DNA of 64,000 nucleotides from an uncultured Armatimonadetes bacterium (GTDB lineage: Bacteria; Armatimonadota; UBA5829; DTJY01), in the NCBI GenBank assembly GCA_963717145.1, contig OY970325.1:1334930-1398929 (forward strand), given 5' to 3'. Made by a program: the position numbers and the translations under genes. The notes under the pieces were generated by a model. It was given only the letters and a program-made list of their open reading frames with translations, ran no database searches and was not told the origin of the DNA. This document shows positions 7,372 to 17,590 of the stretch, piece by piece (within the stretch, counting starts at the first letter, position 1; each line of letters opens with the position of its first letter).

Positions 7372-10215
7372 TCAGCGGATGGTGTCCCGCTCGATCATCT
7401 GGATCCGGCGGAGGCGCGGGAGCACATTGATCGGGAGCGAGACCTCGCCACCGGGCGTCAACTCGATGCTGAACTCCGGCTGATCGATGTAGTGGAAGGC
7501 CGGGAGGTTGTAGTCGTATACCTTCACATCCCACAGTCCGGGCCTGAGGTCGCCCAGAGAGAACTCGCCATCACGATCGGTCACCAGACGCAGCACCTCT
7601 TTTTCCGTTGCCGCTGTCTGAGGGGTCTCCTGCCTCGTGAAACCCAACAAGACATCACCGAGGCCGCCGACCTCGACCGGTTTGCCGTCCGGGCTGACGA
7701 CGCCGTCACTTCGGCCCGGCGCGCTGACAAACACAGCCGACTGGTCAGGTCGATCGGCCTTCTCAGGCTGGAACTCCAACAGCGACAGCTTGCCTCGCAG
7801 GCGAGCCGATCTCAGCACACCGATTTCCACATCGGCCGGCTTCCCTTCCGCCACTTCGACCACCATCGGCAGCCTGGCCGCGGTGACGCGATCAAGCCCG
7901 ATCGAGTTGCGTTCGATGGACACGCTGCACGGTCCGGCCGCTACCGTATGGAACGTGAACCGACCACTCCCATCGGTAACTGCGGTAGCCCCGTTGGCGG
8001 TCACGACGACGCGCGGAATTCCCGGCTTCTCCGGAGATTCAGCGTCGTATACCCGGCCGTATATGCTTCCCAGGTTCTTCTTCCGAGCGATGGGAATGCC
8101 AAACGGAATAGTATACGATAACTGGATCGCTGTCTCCGAAGCAGCAGTGCGATCGCTGTTTCTCAGACGCAGACTCCATACGCGCTCATCGGGCGCTTCA
8201 TAGACGACCGTGGCGTAAAGCTGGCGGTTGTCTCTGTCCTCGTCCATTCTGAAGCGATTTGTCGAATAGGTCACGGCGAGAGACAGCCTGTCCGAGGGCT
8301 TCCAGTAGGCCGATCCGCCGATCGTGTTGTCTCTGGAGAGCAGTCGGCTGTCCTCATCGCCGTCGTCGCCGAAGAGGGTGTACAGACTGATATACTTGTT
8401 CGCGCCGGCTCTGAGGTTATAGTATACGGCGTATCGACTTACGTTGCGGGAATCCCCTGTGAGAAGATCGCGCTGGCGTCCGATATCCCAGTAGACCAGC
8501 AGGCTGGACGCAGTAAACGACTTGTTGACGCCGAATCGTGTCGCGTGCTCCTGGTAGTTGAAAGAGGCAGGATCGAGCAGGTCCTCGCGTCGGAAATATA
8601 GTCGATCGAGTGATAGACTCGTGCTCGCGGAGAGATCGTAGTCCAGGCCGAACTGGTAGAAGTTCTCGAGCGGCGCGTCATTCTGCGAATCATCGCGATC
8701 GAGGTTTCTGCGCCACCTCTGTCCGGACGCGTTCCCCCTGAGCCGCTCCGCTATCGGGAAAGACACCGATAGGTCCGAGTAATCCGCGTCGTTGTAGTAG
8801 CCGAAGTAGTCGGGGGAGGCATGGATCGTGCCGAGAGAGTAGGATATGCCTCGGGACTTGCCATCCATCCGCAGCCTGTATGCCTGGCCACCCACGCCGT
8901 CGCTCCGATCGCTCGAGCACGTCCCAAGCTCGACCTCCATGTTACTTCCGGGGAACGGCTTCGCGGCTCCCAGCAGACTCAGCAAGCGGTCATCAAAGCC
9001 GGACGGACCTTCCTGAGACTTAGTCAGCAGGTTGAGAGTGAGATCAAGCCCGTTCTTGAGCTTCGTCCCGACGTGAAGTCCCGCCTCACGACGATCCTCT
9101 GACGCCCATCGATCCTCGACGTAGTATCCCCCTGTGTTGAACTCCTTTCGGCGCAAGTCGAATCCCGCGCCGCGTCCGTAGCGGTAGTAGTCGGTCAGAG
9201 GAGAGAGCCCGTATACCTGGTCGCCAAGACGGAGGTCGAGATCCGGCGTGAAGTAACTCATCCTGTACTCGTCTCGCAGGCCGAAGAAACTGGTGTCCTC
9301 GATATCCGGCCCGCGGAAGAGAAAATCGACTGTCCGCATCCCGGCTTCGTCGAGGCTGCCATGCCCGGAGAGTTCGCCCTGCACCGCAGAACTGCCACTC
9401 CCGGCAACACCGGCGATTCGCACCTCAGAGGGTATCCGATGATACGTATCGGCACTCTCGCCTGAGATCGGCACGAGGTCCACAGAAACCGTGAGGCCAG
9501 GAGTGATGATCTCCTTGCCGTCGGTCGCGGTCGCGCGTATCGAGATGCAGTCGGACACGCGGCGCTTGAGCTTCTCGCTGGTTGACACCGTGGCCGTGAC
9601 CACCTGAGTGCCCCCGGAGGGCAGATCGAAGCTCTCGACATCGAGCGTCATGGGGTTTTCCAGCGAACTCGACGCCTGCAGAGTCACCTCTAACGGGGTA
9701 TTGCTCCGATTCACCGCCCGGAACGTGATCTGGTAGGTGTCGCCCGCAATCACGGCGTCCGGCTTTGCCTCCAGCATGAGGTCAAGCCCGGTGACGGCGA
9801 GCACTGTGAGATCGATCGTGTCGGAATCCTGGATTCCGTAGTCGCGACGACTCATGACTGAGTAGGTGACCTGGAACGGCCCGGACGCTGCATTGCCGGG
9901 AACGAAGAATGCCACGAGGCGCACGACAGTCTGATAAGGGTCGAGCACAAAGCTCGTCGGTGGAATGACAGCCTGCCAGTCGGTCGGCAGCGTGAGGGTT
10001 TCGATGAATTCCTCGGATTGATCGGTGGTGCTTCGGACTGAGAAGGTGGCGCTGACGATTTGGCCCGGCGCCGTCTCAACGAGCTTTGGGGAAGCGGCGA
10101 GTACCTCTACTCCCTGACCTTTCCCTTGTGCAGTTAGCGGCAAGGCAGTTGACAGCAGGATTGCACATACGCAGAGGAGTTCGGCAATTGTTCTGCTATC
10201 TGATCTCCAAGGCAT
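7372..10215 (-). CDS. Usher-like outer-membrane protein (N-terminal Ig-like domains, predicted beta-barrel, C-terminal carboxypeptidase-regulatory-like domains)
   Basis: Signal peptide; alternating aromatic beta strands; GSIYGRVYD and TDGSGRFTF motifs; last gene of an overlapping operon; start uncertain (10215 or 10239). Confidence 0.6.
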   Translation of the reverse strand: MPWRSDSRTIAELLCVCAILLSTALPLTAQGKGQGVEVLAASPKLVETAPGQIVSATFSVRSTTDQSEEFIETLTLPTDWQAVIPPTSFVLDPYQTVVRLVAFFVPGNAASGPFQVTYSVMSRRDYGIQDSDTIDLTVLAVTGLDLMLEAKPDAVIAGDTYQITFRAVNRSNTPLEVTLQASSSLENPMTLDVESFDLPSGGTQVVTATVSTSEKLKRRVSDCISIRATATDGKEIITPGLTVSVDLVPISGESADTYHRIPSEVRIAGVAGSGSSAVQGELSGHGSLDEAGMRTVDFLFRGPDIEDTSFFGLRDEYRMSYFTPDLDLRLGDQVYGLSPLTDYYRYGRGAGFDLRRKEFNTGGYYVEDRWASEDRREAGLHVGTKLKNGLDLTLNLLTKSQEGPSGFDDRLLSLLGAAKPFPGSNMEVELGTCSSDRSDGVGGQAYRLRMDGKSRGISYSLGTIHASPDYFGYYNDADYSDLSVSFPIAERLRGNASGQRWRRNLDRDDSQNDAPLENFYQFGLDYDLSASTSLSLDRLYFRREDLLDPASFNYQEHATRFGVNKSFTASSLLVYWDIGRQRDLLTGDSRNVSRYAVYYNLRAGANKYISLYTLFGDDGDEDSRLLSRDNTIGGSAYWKPSDRLSLAVTYSTNRFRMDEDRDNRQLYATVVYEAPDERVWSLRLRNSDRTAASETAIQLSYTIPFGIPIARKKNLGSIYGRVYDAESPEKPGIPRVVVTANGATAVTDGSGRFTFHTVAAGPCSVSIERNSIGLDRVTAARLPMVVEVAEGKPADVEIGVLRSARLRGKLSLLEFQPEKADRPDQSAVFVSAPGRSDGVVSPDGKPVEVGGLGDVLLGFTRQETPQTAATEKEVLRLVTDRDGEFSLGDLRPGLWDVKVYDYNLPAFHYIDQPEFSIELTPGGEVSLPINVLPRLRRIQMIERDTIR

Positions 10216-11011
10216 ACTGGGCACCCCACACCGACTCATCGCCGTTGTCGATAACGACCAGAGCCTGGTACTTGCCGGCCTTCAGGCCAGTCAAGTCAAT
10301 GCTGTTCCGCGTCGAGCAGCCGGGAAAGATCCTAGTGCGATTGCACTTGAACTTGCCAGCATGCAAGCCCTTCTCGTCATAGATCTCGGCCCAGGTGGTG
10401 GGCCTCACCCACCTCTCGCCCGTGTTCTCGATATCGAGCTGCAGAGCGCGCTTCCCATCCGTCTCCGCTAACCGCTTATCCAGGACTTTGATCTCGCGCC
10501 GGCCGGTATTCCCGATGTGCACGACCATCTGGATGCCGTAGCGGAGGATTGTCCGTACGCCGACTGTGACCTTGCCGTCCTCGGATGGAGCGGCCTCGGG
10601 CACGACAGCAGCTATCGGCTCCACCATCAGCATGCTCCAGTAGGTGCCCGAGAGCTTGTCATCTTTGGGGACCTGGATGGCGTAGTAGACGACGAGCACT
10701 TCCTTCGCCGGGATCGTGAACTGCTGCGGCGAGAAGGTGATCCAGGAGGCATTCGACCGTGGGCAGGATCCCGGCTTGTCGTAGGCACTAGTGCCGTCGC
10801 AACGGAAAGTGTAGTCTGTCTGGTAGACCCGCGCTTCCTGAGGCACGTCGGCGGCGTTTCGGAGCACAATCCTGCCGTCCTTCCTTGCGCCTGGCTGGAG
10901 TACGGCCTCATCGGTCAGGCCGGTGATCACATCAACTCCGGCAGCACACTGTGTCAAGCAGGCGCATAGGCAGATAACCGAGACAAAGGTAGTCGTTACA
11001 GCCTTGAGCAT
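10196..11011 (-). CDS. PapD-like pilus chaperone (Ig fold)
   Basis: Signal peptide; RSNASWITFSP, GTYWSMLMVE, IENTGERW, GKYQALVVID. Confidence 0.65.
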   Translation of the reverse strand: MLKAVTTTFVSVICLCACLTQCAAGVDVITGLTDEAVLQPGARKDGRIVLRNAADVPQEARVYQTDYTFRCDGTSAYDKPGSCPRSNASWITFSPQQFTIPAKEVLVVYYAIQVPKDDKLSGTYWSMLMVEPIAAVVPEAAPSEDGKVTVGVRTILRYGIQMVVHIGNTGRREIKVLDKRLAETDGKRALQLDIENTGERWVRPTTWAEIYDEKGLHAGKFKCNRTRIFPGCSTRNSIDLTGLKAGKYQALVVIDNGDESVWGAQYALEIR

Positions 11012-11511
11012 TATGTGTCCACCACTGTGTAGACTATGGACGTCGAATATGTGCCGGGCGAGATGCTGATCGAAGTGCCACTCATGTCGAAATGCACCGT
11101 GATGCCGATCCTGTCCCCGGCCCCGGAGAAGAACGCGCTGTCACTGGCCGTAATCTGCAGGTATGAGAGGCCTCCACTGATCGATCCAAAGCCGAAGCCG
11201 GCCCCGGTTCGCTTCACAAGAAGCGTGAGACCGGCCGGCCAGTTCGTATCGGATCTTCGGACATCTATGCGCCAGTTGTCCGAAGTGCCGGTCGTGTTGT
11301 AGACGGTGAGGGCAAGCTGATACGCTCCACTCTCACAGAGGCTGGGAAGGTTGCTCCCTGCGCCGGACACCAGATTGCCGGCATTGTGCACAAGCGACCA
11401 ATTGCCTACGGAGTTGATGTCTATTGCCTGGCACCTGCCAGTACAGAGCAGTGCAGCCAGTACCACTACAGCCAACCTCAGAAAACCGGTGATACTCAGT
11501 GGGTTCTGCAT
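11011..11511 (-). CDS. Secreted minor pilin-like subunit
   Basis: Signal peptide, S/T/G-rich beta protein ending PGTYSTSIVYTV; GGAG RBS. Confidence 0.55.
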   Translation of the reverse strand: MQNPLSITGFLRLAVVVLAALLCTGRCQAIDINSVGNWSLVHNAGNLVSGAGSNLPSLCESGAYQLALTVYNTTGTSDNWRIDVRRSDTNWPAGLTLLVKRTGAGFGFGSISGGLSYLQITASDSAFFSGAGDRIGITVHFDMSGTSISISPGTYSTSIVYTVVDT

Positions 11512-11573
11512 GGCAAGCTCCAGGTGATGGTTCAAGGGGGTGGCCGTTGCCACCCCACCAATCGGTCGCGGTG

Positions 11574-12060
11574 CTACGAGCCGGCCGTGACGGTCAGAGT
11601 GACCGTCTTGTTCGCCGAACTGATCACGCCGGCAGCGGCGGTTGCGCTGAACGAATAGGATATCTGCTTACCGGACTCAGCCAGAGTCGAGATAGCAGTC
11701 ACCAGATCCGCCGCGGTCGCCGTCAGGGTGACGGCCGCCGGCGCTGGTGGCTCCTGTCGGGGCAGCCAGCGTGATGCTCAGGGTCGTATTCGCCGGCATG
11801 GCGGTGTTGATGGCGCCGGTGATCTTCCTGTTCGACTGGTTGGTAGTTATAGCGTATGAGGTTGTCGTATCGGTCGCTGCAGTCGGCTGGGAGCCGGCCG
11901 TGGCAGCGCTCACAATCAGTGCGGCGGGATTGCCGCTCACGGAGATCTCGTTGATGGCCTGGACCTCATAGGTCACCGTCTGCTGGGCTGTGTTTCCCGC
12001 CACTGCGGCGGTGCCAGCCAATACCAGCAGAGCCATCATCAGTGCAATTGCTGTTTTCAT
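11574..12060 (-). CDS. Secreted major pilin-like subunit (one +1 frameshift near 11737)
   Basis: MKTAIALMM...APTGATSAG continues in another frame as AVTLTATAADLVTAIS...KTVTLTVTAGS*; length is 3n+1; GGGAGG RBS. Confidence 0.6.
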
Positions 12061-12397
12061 TTTGCTCGAATCCTCCCTGATCCTGGGCTATTCCCCCGTC
12101 ATTGATATACCTTCGATAGTTGTCCGCAGCATCTGTAGTTGCTGTCTGCGGTCGGCTTCACCCTCCTCTCCATAGGCCTCTGCGCAGCATCCTGTGCCGG
12201 CGAAGGTATCGGTACGACGCGATCGTCTGACAAACAGATCGGTATGGCCTACGCTGATCTGGCGCGCTGTTCTCACGCCCACTGGGTGATGCCCAATAAG
12301 CGAGACACGTTAAACATCATATGTGCGCCATCAATAGTGTAATGAGACGAGTCGGACGTGCGAATGCGGTTGCAGGTGAGGCCATCGAAGGCCTCAC

Positions 12398-13171
12398 CTA
12401 CGGGGTCTTCAGAAGTGTGATCGCGAGGTCGAGATTGAAGCGGACGGTCTGCTTGTCCCATCTCAGAACGACCGACGCGCGATTCGCCGGGGTCTCGGAA
12501 GTGACCTCCTTCGGCTTCGGGAAGGTTACGGTGACGTCGCTGGTCTTCTTGGGAGTACGCGCAAACGTGACCTTCACAACCTTCCCAGGGACGCGAAGCA
12601 CCTCCTTCAAAGCCACCTTGCCCTCCTCATCCCATCCGGGCTTGTCGCCGACCTCGATCGACACCAGCGCCATCTCGGTCTCACCAGTCGTCGCCAGGGT
12701 TGCGCGATCGAACATGTAGAGCATGTATACGCCGGGTTTGGCGATCTTTGCCTTGTCCTTGGGTGAGGACGTTTCGACGAGGAGCGAGACGGCCCCGATG
12801 ATGCGGCCGGAATCGATCCCCTCGAACTGCACATTGACCGGCACGGACGCCTGGTAGACACTGATGGCGGGGATATCGCCCCACTTCTCCTCACGCCACT
12901 TGAACTTGACGTCAGGGTTCGCCGAGACTCCGTCCTTGAGGAGCAGGCCGCTCTCGCCACGGGACTCGTTGGCGATCAGGATGGCGATCTGGGCCAGTTT
13001 GGCCCTATGAAGCTCCTTCGTGAGGCCGGCGATGTCATCGGGCCATCCGGCGGTGCTGTCGGTCCAAAGATCCGCGACCTCTTCCGACGTGTCTGTGGGA
13101 AGCGCCCCGAATGCGACACAGGCCGGAGAGATAGTGGCAAGCAGTAAGATGCAGATCAGTGCTCTAGACAA
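12398..13171 (-). CDS. Secreted hypothetical protein, paralog 3 of a tandem trio
   Basis: Signal peptide; KLAQIA, WGDIP, IIGAV, GVYML match the two upstream genes. Confidence 0.65.
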   Translation of the reverse strand: MSRALICILLLATISPACVAFGALPTDTSEEVADLWTDSTAGWPDDIAGLTKELHRAKLAQIAILIANESRGESGLLLKDGVSANPDVKFKWREEKWGDIPAISVYQASVPVNVQFEGIDSGRIIGAVSLLVETSSPKDKAKIAKPGVYMLYMFDRATLATTGETEMALVSIEVGDKPGWDEEGKVALKEVLRVPGKVVKVTFARTPKKTSDVTVTFPKPKEVTSETPANRASVVLRWDKQTVRFNLDLAITLLKTP

Positions 13172-13189
13172 TTGAACTCTCCTCGGCTC

Positions 13190-13855
13190 CTAGATCATCA
13201 TGAAGTCCACGTCGACGACCCGGAACATATAGCTCTCCCGCTTCCAGGCGAGATCGATGGTCACGCGATTGCACGGGTTGTCGTCGGCGAGAAGCTCCTC
13301 CGTGGGAAACCAGAGGCCTACATATGGATGCGCAGAGCCCCGGCTGATGTCGGAGTTCTCAAGCCCGACTCGACCGAGTTCGCGGTAAGTGACCCGACCA
13401 TCGCTCTCTGTTTTGACCTCGATCAGGAAGACCCGCTTTGCATGCTGTGAGTATGCCAACAGATACACACCGCTGGTTATGCCCGGCCCACCGACGATGG
13501 TCGCGTTCTCGAGCAGGTGGAGAGCGCCGAGCAGCCTGCACTCGCCAACGCCCTTGAGGTCGGCATCGACCGGCTCGGAAACCCGATACGCCTTGGCGGA
13601 CGGCAGGTCTCCCCAGTCGGTCCTTCATACAATGATGCCTATACTGGGGAAAGCTCCAGCGCCTGACGATATCAACAGCCGGCTCTTGCCGCCTGATTCG
13701 CGCTGGACGACCAGAGCGATCTGACCAAGTCTGGCCTTCAGCACTTCCTTCACCATGGTCGAGCACTCTGTCTCAGGCAACAGCAGTTGGGCGTGTGCTC
13801 CCTGCCCGAGCTGAAGTGCGATCAGCACGATTGCCATGATAGTCACCAGGGGCAT
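13190..13855 (-). pseudogene. Secreted hypothetical protein, paralog 2, with in-frame TGA at 13625-13627
   Basis: Frame continues past TGA as RTDWGDLPSAKAYRVSEPVDADL..., collinear with 13868..14524. Confidence 0.7.
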
Positions 13856-13867
13856 GACCGTTCCTCC

Positions 13868-14524
13868 CTATCGCATCGGAACCACGTCGAGCAGGCGGAA
13901 CATGTAGCCCTCCTGCTCCCATGCGAGATCGAGTGTGAGGCGATACGGCGGATTGTCGTCCTGCAGGGGCTCGATGTTCGGGAAATATGCGCCAACATAA
14001 GGCTTCGATGTGCCCTTGCTCATCTCCGGCTTGACACCGCCGAGTGACTTGTATGCGACCCGCCCGTCACCATGTACTCTGACGTCAACTACCACAACAA
14101 TGTCAACGTCCGAACGGTATGCGAGCAGGTGGACCCCGACCGGCGCTTCGCCACCGCCGATGATATCCGCCTGCTTGGTAATGAAGAGCGCGCCGAGCAG
14201 CCTGCACTTCCCGATGCCCGCGAGGTCGGCATCAAGCGGCTGGGAGACACGATATGCCCTGGCATGCGGCAGATCGCCCCAGTTGGTGGACCGGTATATC
14301 CTCGACATGGATGCCCACGCGGTCGCGCCGGACGCGATCATCAGCCGGCTCTTGCCGTCGGATGCATCATGGACGACCACCGCGAGTTGGCCGAGCCTGT
14401 TCTCCAGCAGTTCGCTCATGAGGAGAGGTCGCTCCGTCTCGGGCGACTGCGCGTGTGTGCCCCGGGACAGGGCACACAGGACGAAAACAGCTATCACAGT
14501 TCGGACCGTATGAGTGGCCGGCAT
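13868..14524 (-). CDS. Secreted hypothetical protein, paralog 1
   Basis: Signal peptide; RLGQLAVVV, WGDLP, CRLLGAL, PYVG, DDNP, TLDLAW, YMFR shared with paralog 2. Confidence 0.7.
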   Translation of the reverse strand: MPATHTVRTVIAVFVLCALSRGTHAQSPETERPLLMSELLENRLGQLAVVVHDASDGKSRLMIASGATAWASMSRIYRSTNWGDLPHARAYRVSQPLDADLAGIGKCRLLGALFITKQADIIGGGEAPVGVHLLAYRSDVDIVVVVDVRVHGDGRVAYKSLGGVKPEMSKGTSKPYVGAYFPNIEPLQDDNPPYRLTLDLAWEQEGYMFRLLDVVPMR

Positions 14525-14530
14525 GGCGCT

Positions 14531-15601
14531 CTACTCCGGACTCGCGGACTGCGTCGTGGACGAGAATCCGCCGCTTGGTGGGCGCTCCAGGCCTTTGCAC
14601 GCAGCGAGCTTCCCGGCGGCCTCGAGAGCGGTCCTGAGGGCGGCCGAGTTGCGGATATCGTCCTTGTACTGCTCCTCTGTGGCACCGGGATACGCTCGGT
14701 CGATCGTCAGCCAGTTGAGCCTGGAGGGAAGCCACATCTCATCGGCGATGATCACCGGATTCGGGAACGCGAGAGATGAGATGGAAGTCCAGAACGCGCC
14801 CATGTAGATACGCTCTCCGTTCACCAGGAGCACGAATGGGATGCCTCTGATCAGGCGATTCTCCGGCGGACTCGGCTTCGGAAGCTTCTTCAGAGCCTCA
14901 GGGGTCAGCTTGAACCAGTGATCCTCCCAGGAGTAGCAGACGAAGTCGTCAAGCGCGAAGAGCGGCTTTGTCTGCAGCGTGATGTCGTCCAGCTTTACCT
15001 TGAGAGCATCCACGGCATTCATCTTCTCGTCAGCCAGGAGGTAGATGCCGAACTCGGCGCTGACCGACTTTGCCTGGTGCTGCTTGATGAACTTCTCGAT
15101 CTCGCCGCCGGAGACCACTTTCACATTGGCCGGAACCTTGATTTCGCTGAGTTGAATGCTGCAGCCGAGGTAGAGGTTCACAGTAACATAGCGCTTGTAC
15201 GGGTGGTCCTTGGCGATGCCGCCGTCGGGGATCATCGGCGGCACGACGAACACATACCAATCGAAGGCATAGGTTGCGGGCTCTCCAATCCTGTCCTTTA
15301 CCTCGCCCTTCCCGGAGTGAAGGACGAGAGTATGTGAAATGCCCTCGAGTTTGCCGTATGCTTCCATGAAGGCATTGAAGGTCGCTGCATCGCCCGAGAA
15401 ATAGAAGTTGTCCTGGAAGTTCACCCAGTTCGCGTACACCGGCTTCCACGCGCCGAGCAGGTTGGCCAACCCCGAGGGCCACTCGGTCTGCTGGATAATC
15501 GGATGATCCGGGCCGTACTCGCCTGCGAGGGCGAAGGCAGGTGGACAGATGATTGCAGACACACCGACGATGAGAAGAAGGAATACTCCAAGTCTTAACA
15601 T
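14531..15601 (-). CDS. Secreted hypothetical protein (apparently two domains)
   Basis: Signal peptide MLRLGVFLLLIVGVSAIICPPAFA; long ORF with host-like codons. Confidence 0.65.
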   Translation of the reverse strand: MLRLGVFLLLIVGVSAIICPPAFALAGEYGPDHPIIQQTEWPSGLANLLGAWKPVYANWVNFQDNFYFSGDAATFNAFMEAYGKLEGISHTLVLHSGKGEVKDRIGEPATYAFDWYVFVVPPMIPDGGIAKDHPYKRYVTVNLYLGCSIQLSEIKVPANVKVVSGGEIEKFIKQHQAKSVSAEFGIYLLADEKMNAVDALKVKLDDITLQTKPLFALDDFVCYSWEDHWFKLTPEALKKLPKPSPPENRLIRGIPFVLLVNGERIYMGAFWTSISSLAFPNPVIIADEMWLPSRLNWLTIDRAYPGATEEQYKDDIRNSAALRTALEAAGKLAACKGLERPPSGGFSSTTQSASPE

Positions 15602-15684
15602 GATAACCCCCCGCCAGAAAAGTGCTTCTTGAGTAATCAGACCCTCGAAGCCGGGAGATCCTTCAAAAAAAGACCCGCTCTCCA

Positions 15685-16233
15685 TCAGCCGTTAGCCATG
15701 CTCTTGCCCGCTGACCTGAGGACTTCGAGCTTGGCCTCGAGGTTCTGGCGTCGGACGGGGATAAGATCGACGACATCGAAGCTCGCCGTGCGGAGGATCC
15801 ACTCCATGCGGGTCGTGCACTCCGGCGCTCCGCCTCCACCACCTCCTGCGACACAGATGCCGACCGCGGGCTTGCCCTCGATCCCTGCCCTGCCGTCGTC
15901 GTGGACACAGGTCCGGCGCAGGCGGTTGAGAAACGCCTGGAGGCTCTCGCTGAGGTCGGACCAGTAGACAGGCGTCGCGAAGACGACTGCATCGGCGGCC
16001 TTGATCTTTGCCACAAGACCAGCGAGATCATCCTCGATGATGCATCGGCCCTGGGAGCGGCAGATGCCCCATCCGTCGTTCTCGCACTGGCGGCACCGCT
16101 CGATCTTCATCGGCGGGAGCGCGATCAACTCGGACTCCCCGCCGGCGTCCTTGACGCCCTCGAGGAATGCCTTCGCGGCCTTGGCGGTCTGGCCGTCGGG
16201 ATTTCGGCTTCCGGATACTATCAGCACTTTCAT
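15685..16233 (-). CDS. Flavodoxin family / iron-sulfur flavoprotein
   Basis: SGSRNPDGQT, CRQC...C...CIIEDD, ADAVVFATPVYW. Confidence 0.85.
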   Translation of the reverse strand: MKVLIVSGSRNPDGQTAKAAKAFLEGVKDAGGESELIALPPMKIERCRQCENDGWGICRSQGRCIIEDDLAGLVAKIKAADAVVFATPVYWSDLSESLQAFLNRLRRTCVHDDGRAGIEGKPAVGICVAGGGGGGAPECTTRMEWILRTASFDVVDLIPVRRQNLEAKLEVLRSAGKSMANG

Positions 16234-16258
16234 CAGCTTACCTCCTTCAGTGGAAAAC

Positions 16259-16317
16259 CCGTAGGGGCGGGCTTCAACGCCCGCCAGAGCCGGGAGGCCG
16301 TTGAAGGCCTCCCCTAC
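16259..16317. repeat. GTAG-type REP doublet (REPIN-like)
   Basis: ccgtaggggcgggcttcaacgcccgcc ... gggaggccgttgaaggcctcccctac; second half matches 1043-1068. Confidence 0.8.
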
Positions 16318-17576
16318 TCGGACGCGCGCTTGTACTTCTCCAACTTGCCGGCGACGTCCTGGGAGACCTGGGCCTCGACGAAGATGCGCTCGGGCGTGTA
16401 CTCGACGCCGATCACTCGTCCGCTGTCGTAGCAGAGGGAGACGAGGTCGCTCCGCTCGTAGGGGATATCGAGCGATACGTACACGAGCAACTCCTGGATC
16501 GTCTTGATGAGCTGCTCCATCAGCTGCGGGATGCCGTCTCGCGTGGCGGCCGAGATGTAGACGCTGTTCGGCACATCGGCGACGAGCTTCCGCAGGACGT
16601 ACTGGTCCTGGATGAGATCGCTCTTGTTGAAGACCGTGACCGTCGGCTTGTCGTCGGCATCGAGTTCGCGGAGGACCTGGTGCACCGCGGCCATCTGCTC
16701 CTCCATGTGACCATGGCTCGCATCGACAACGTGCACCAGGAAGTCCGACTCGGTGACCTCCTCCAGGGTCGCGCGGAATGCCGCGACGAGATCGTGCGGG
16801 AGGTTCTGGATGAAGCCGACTGTGTCGGTCATCAGCACCGCCCAGCCGTCGGGGAGAACTACTCGCCGGGTCGTCGGATCGAGCGTAGCGAAGAGCTTGC
16901 GGTCGACGAGCACCTCCGAGCCGGAGAGCGTGTTCAGGAGAGTCGATTTCCCCGCGCTGGTATATCCGACGAGCGCCGCCGATGGGAACGGGAGCTTCCG
17001 CCGAGCTTGACGTTGAACGTCCCGATGCTTCCGTACTTCCTCGATCTCCTTCTCCAGGTCGGCGATCCGGGTCCGGATGCGCCGCCGATCGCTCTCCAGC
17101 TTGGTCTCACCGGGGCCGCGCATGCCGATGCCACCCTGCTGCCGCTCGAACTGGGTGTATAGACTGCCGATCCGTGGCAGCAGGTAGTGAAGCTGCGCCA
17201 GTTCGACCTGCAGTTGGCCCTCGTGCGTGTGCGCGCGCTGGGCGAAGATATCGAGGATGAGTTGGGTCCGGTCGACCAGGCGAGTATCGATGGCGTTCCC
17301 GAGGTTCCTGAGCTGAGTCGGCGTGAGGTCGCCGTTGATGATCACGAGGTTCGCATCGAGGTCCTTGATGTCCGCGTACAACTCCTCGGACTTCCCGCGA
17401 CCCAGGTAGTAGGCGGGATCGGGGCCGCGTCGCTTCTGACTGAACTCGCCGACGACCTCTGCGCCGGCCGTATCGGCCAACTCCTTCAGTTCATCAAGCG
17501 ACGCCTGATCCCGCCCGTCGTCACCAGACTCGAGGCTGACCAGGATCGCCCGGTCTGTTATGTTGATATCATGCAT
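16314..17576 (-). CDS. hflX: GTPase HflX
   Basis: DRTQLILDIFAQRA, RGPGETKLE, GYTSAGKST, LFATLDPT, DTVGFI, NKSD. Confidence 0.95.
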   Translation of the reverse strand: MHDINITDRAILVSLESGDDGRDQASLDELKELADTAGAEVVGEFSQKRRGPDPAYYLGRGKSEELYADIKDLDANLVIINGDLTPTQLRNLGNAIDTRLVDRTQLILDIFAQRAHTHEGQLQVELAQLHYLLPRIGSLYTQFERQQGGIGMRGPGETKLESDRRRIRTRIADLEKEIEEVRKHRDVQRQARRKLPFPSAALVGYTSAGKSTLLNTLSGSEVLVDRKLFATLDPTTRRVVLPDGWAVLMTDTVGFIQNLPHDLVAAFRATLEEVTESDFLVHVVDASHGHMEEQMAAVHQVLRELDADDKPTVTVFNKSDLIQDQYVLRKLVADVPNSVYISAATRDGIPQLMEQLIKTIQELLVYVSLDIPYERSDLVSLCYDSGRVIGVEYTPERIFVEAQVSQDVAGKLEKYKRASE

Positions 17577-17590
17577 GGGAAGTACCGTAG

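Noticed and set aside
12061-12350. Riboswitch (e.g. c-di-GMP) upstream of the pilin-like gene
   Set aside because: Only a 9-bp inverted repeat (ataccttcg/cgaaggtat) and a 9-bp direct repeat; no recognisable aptamer
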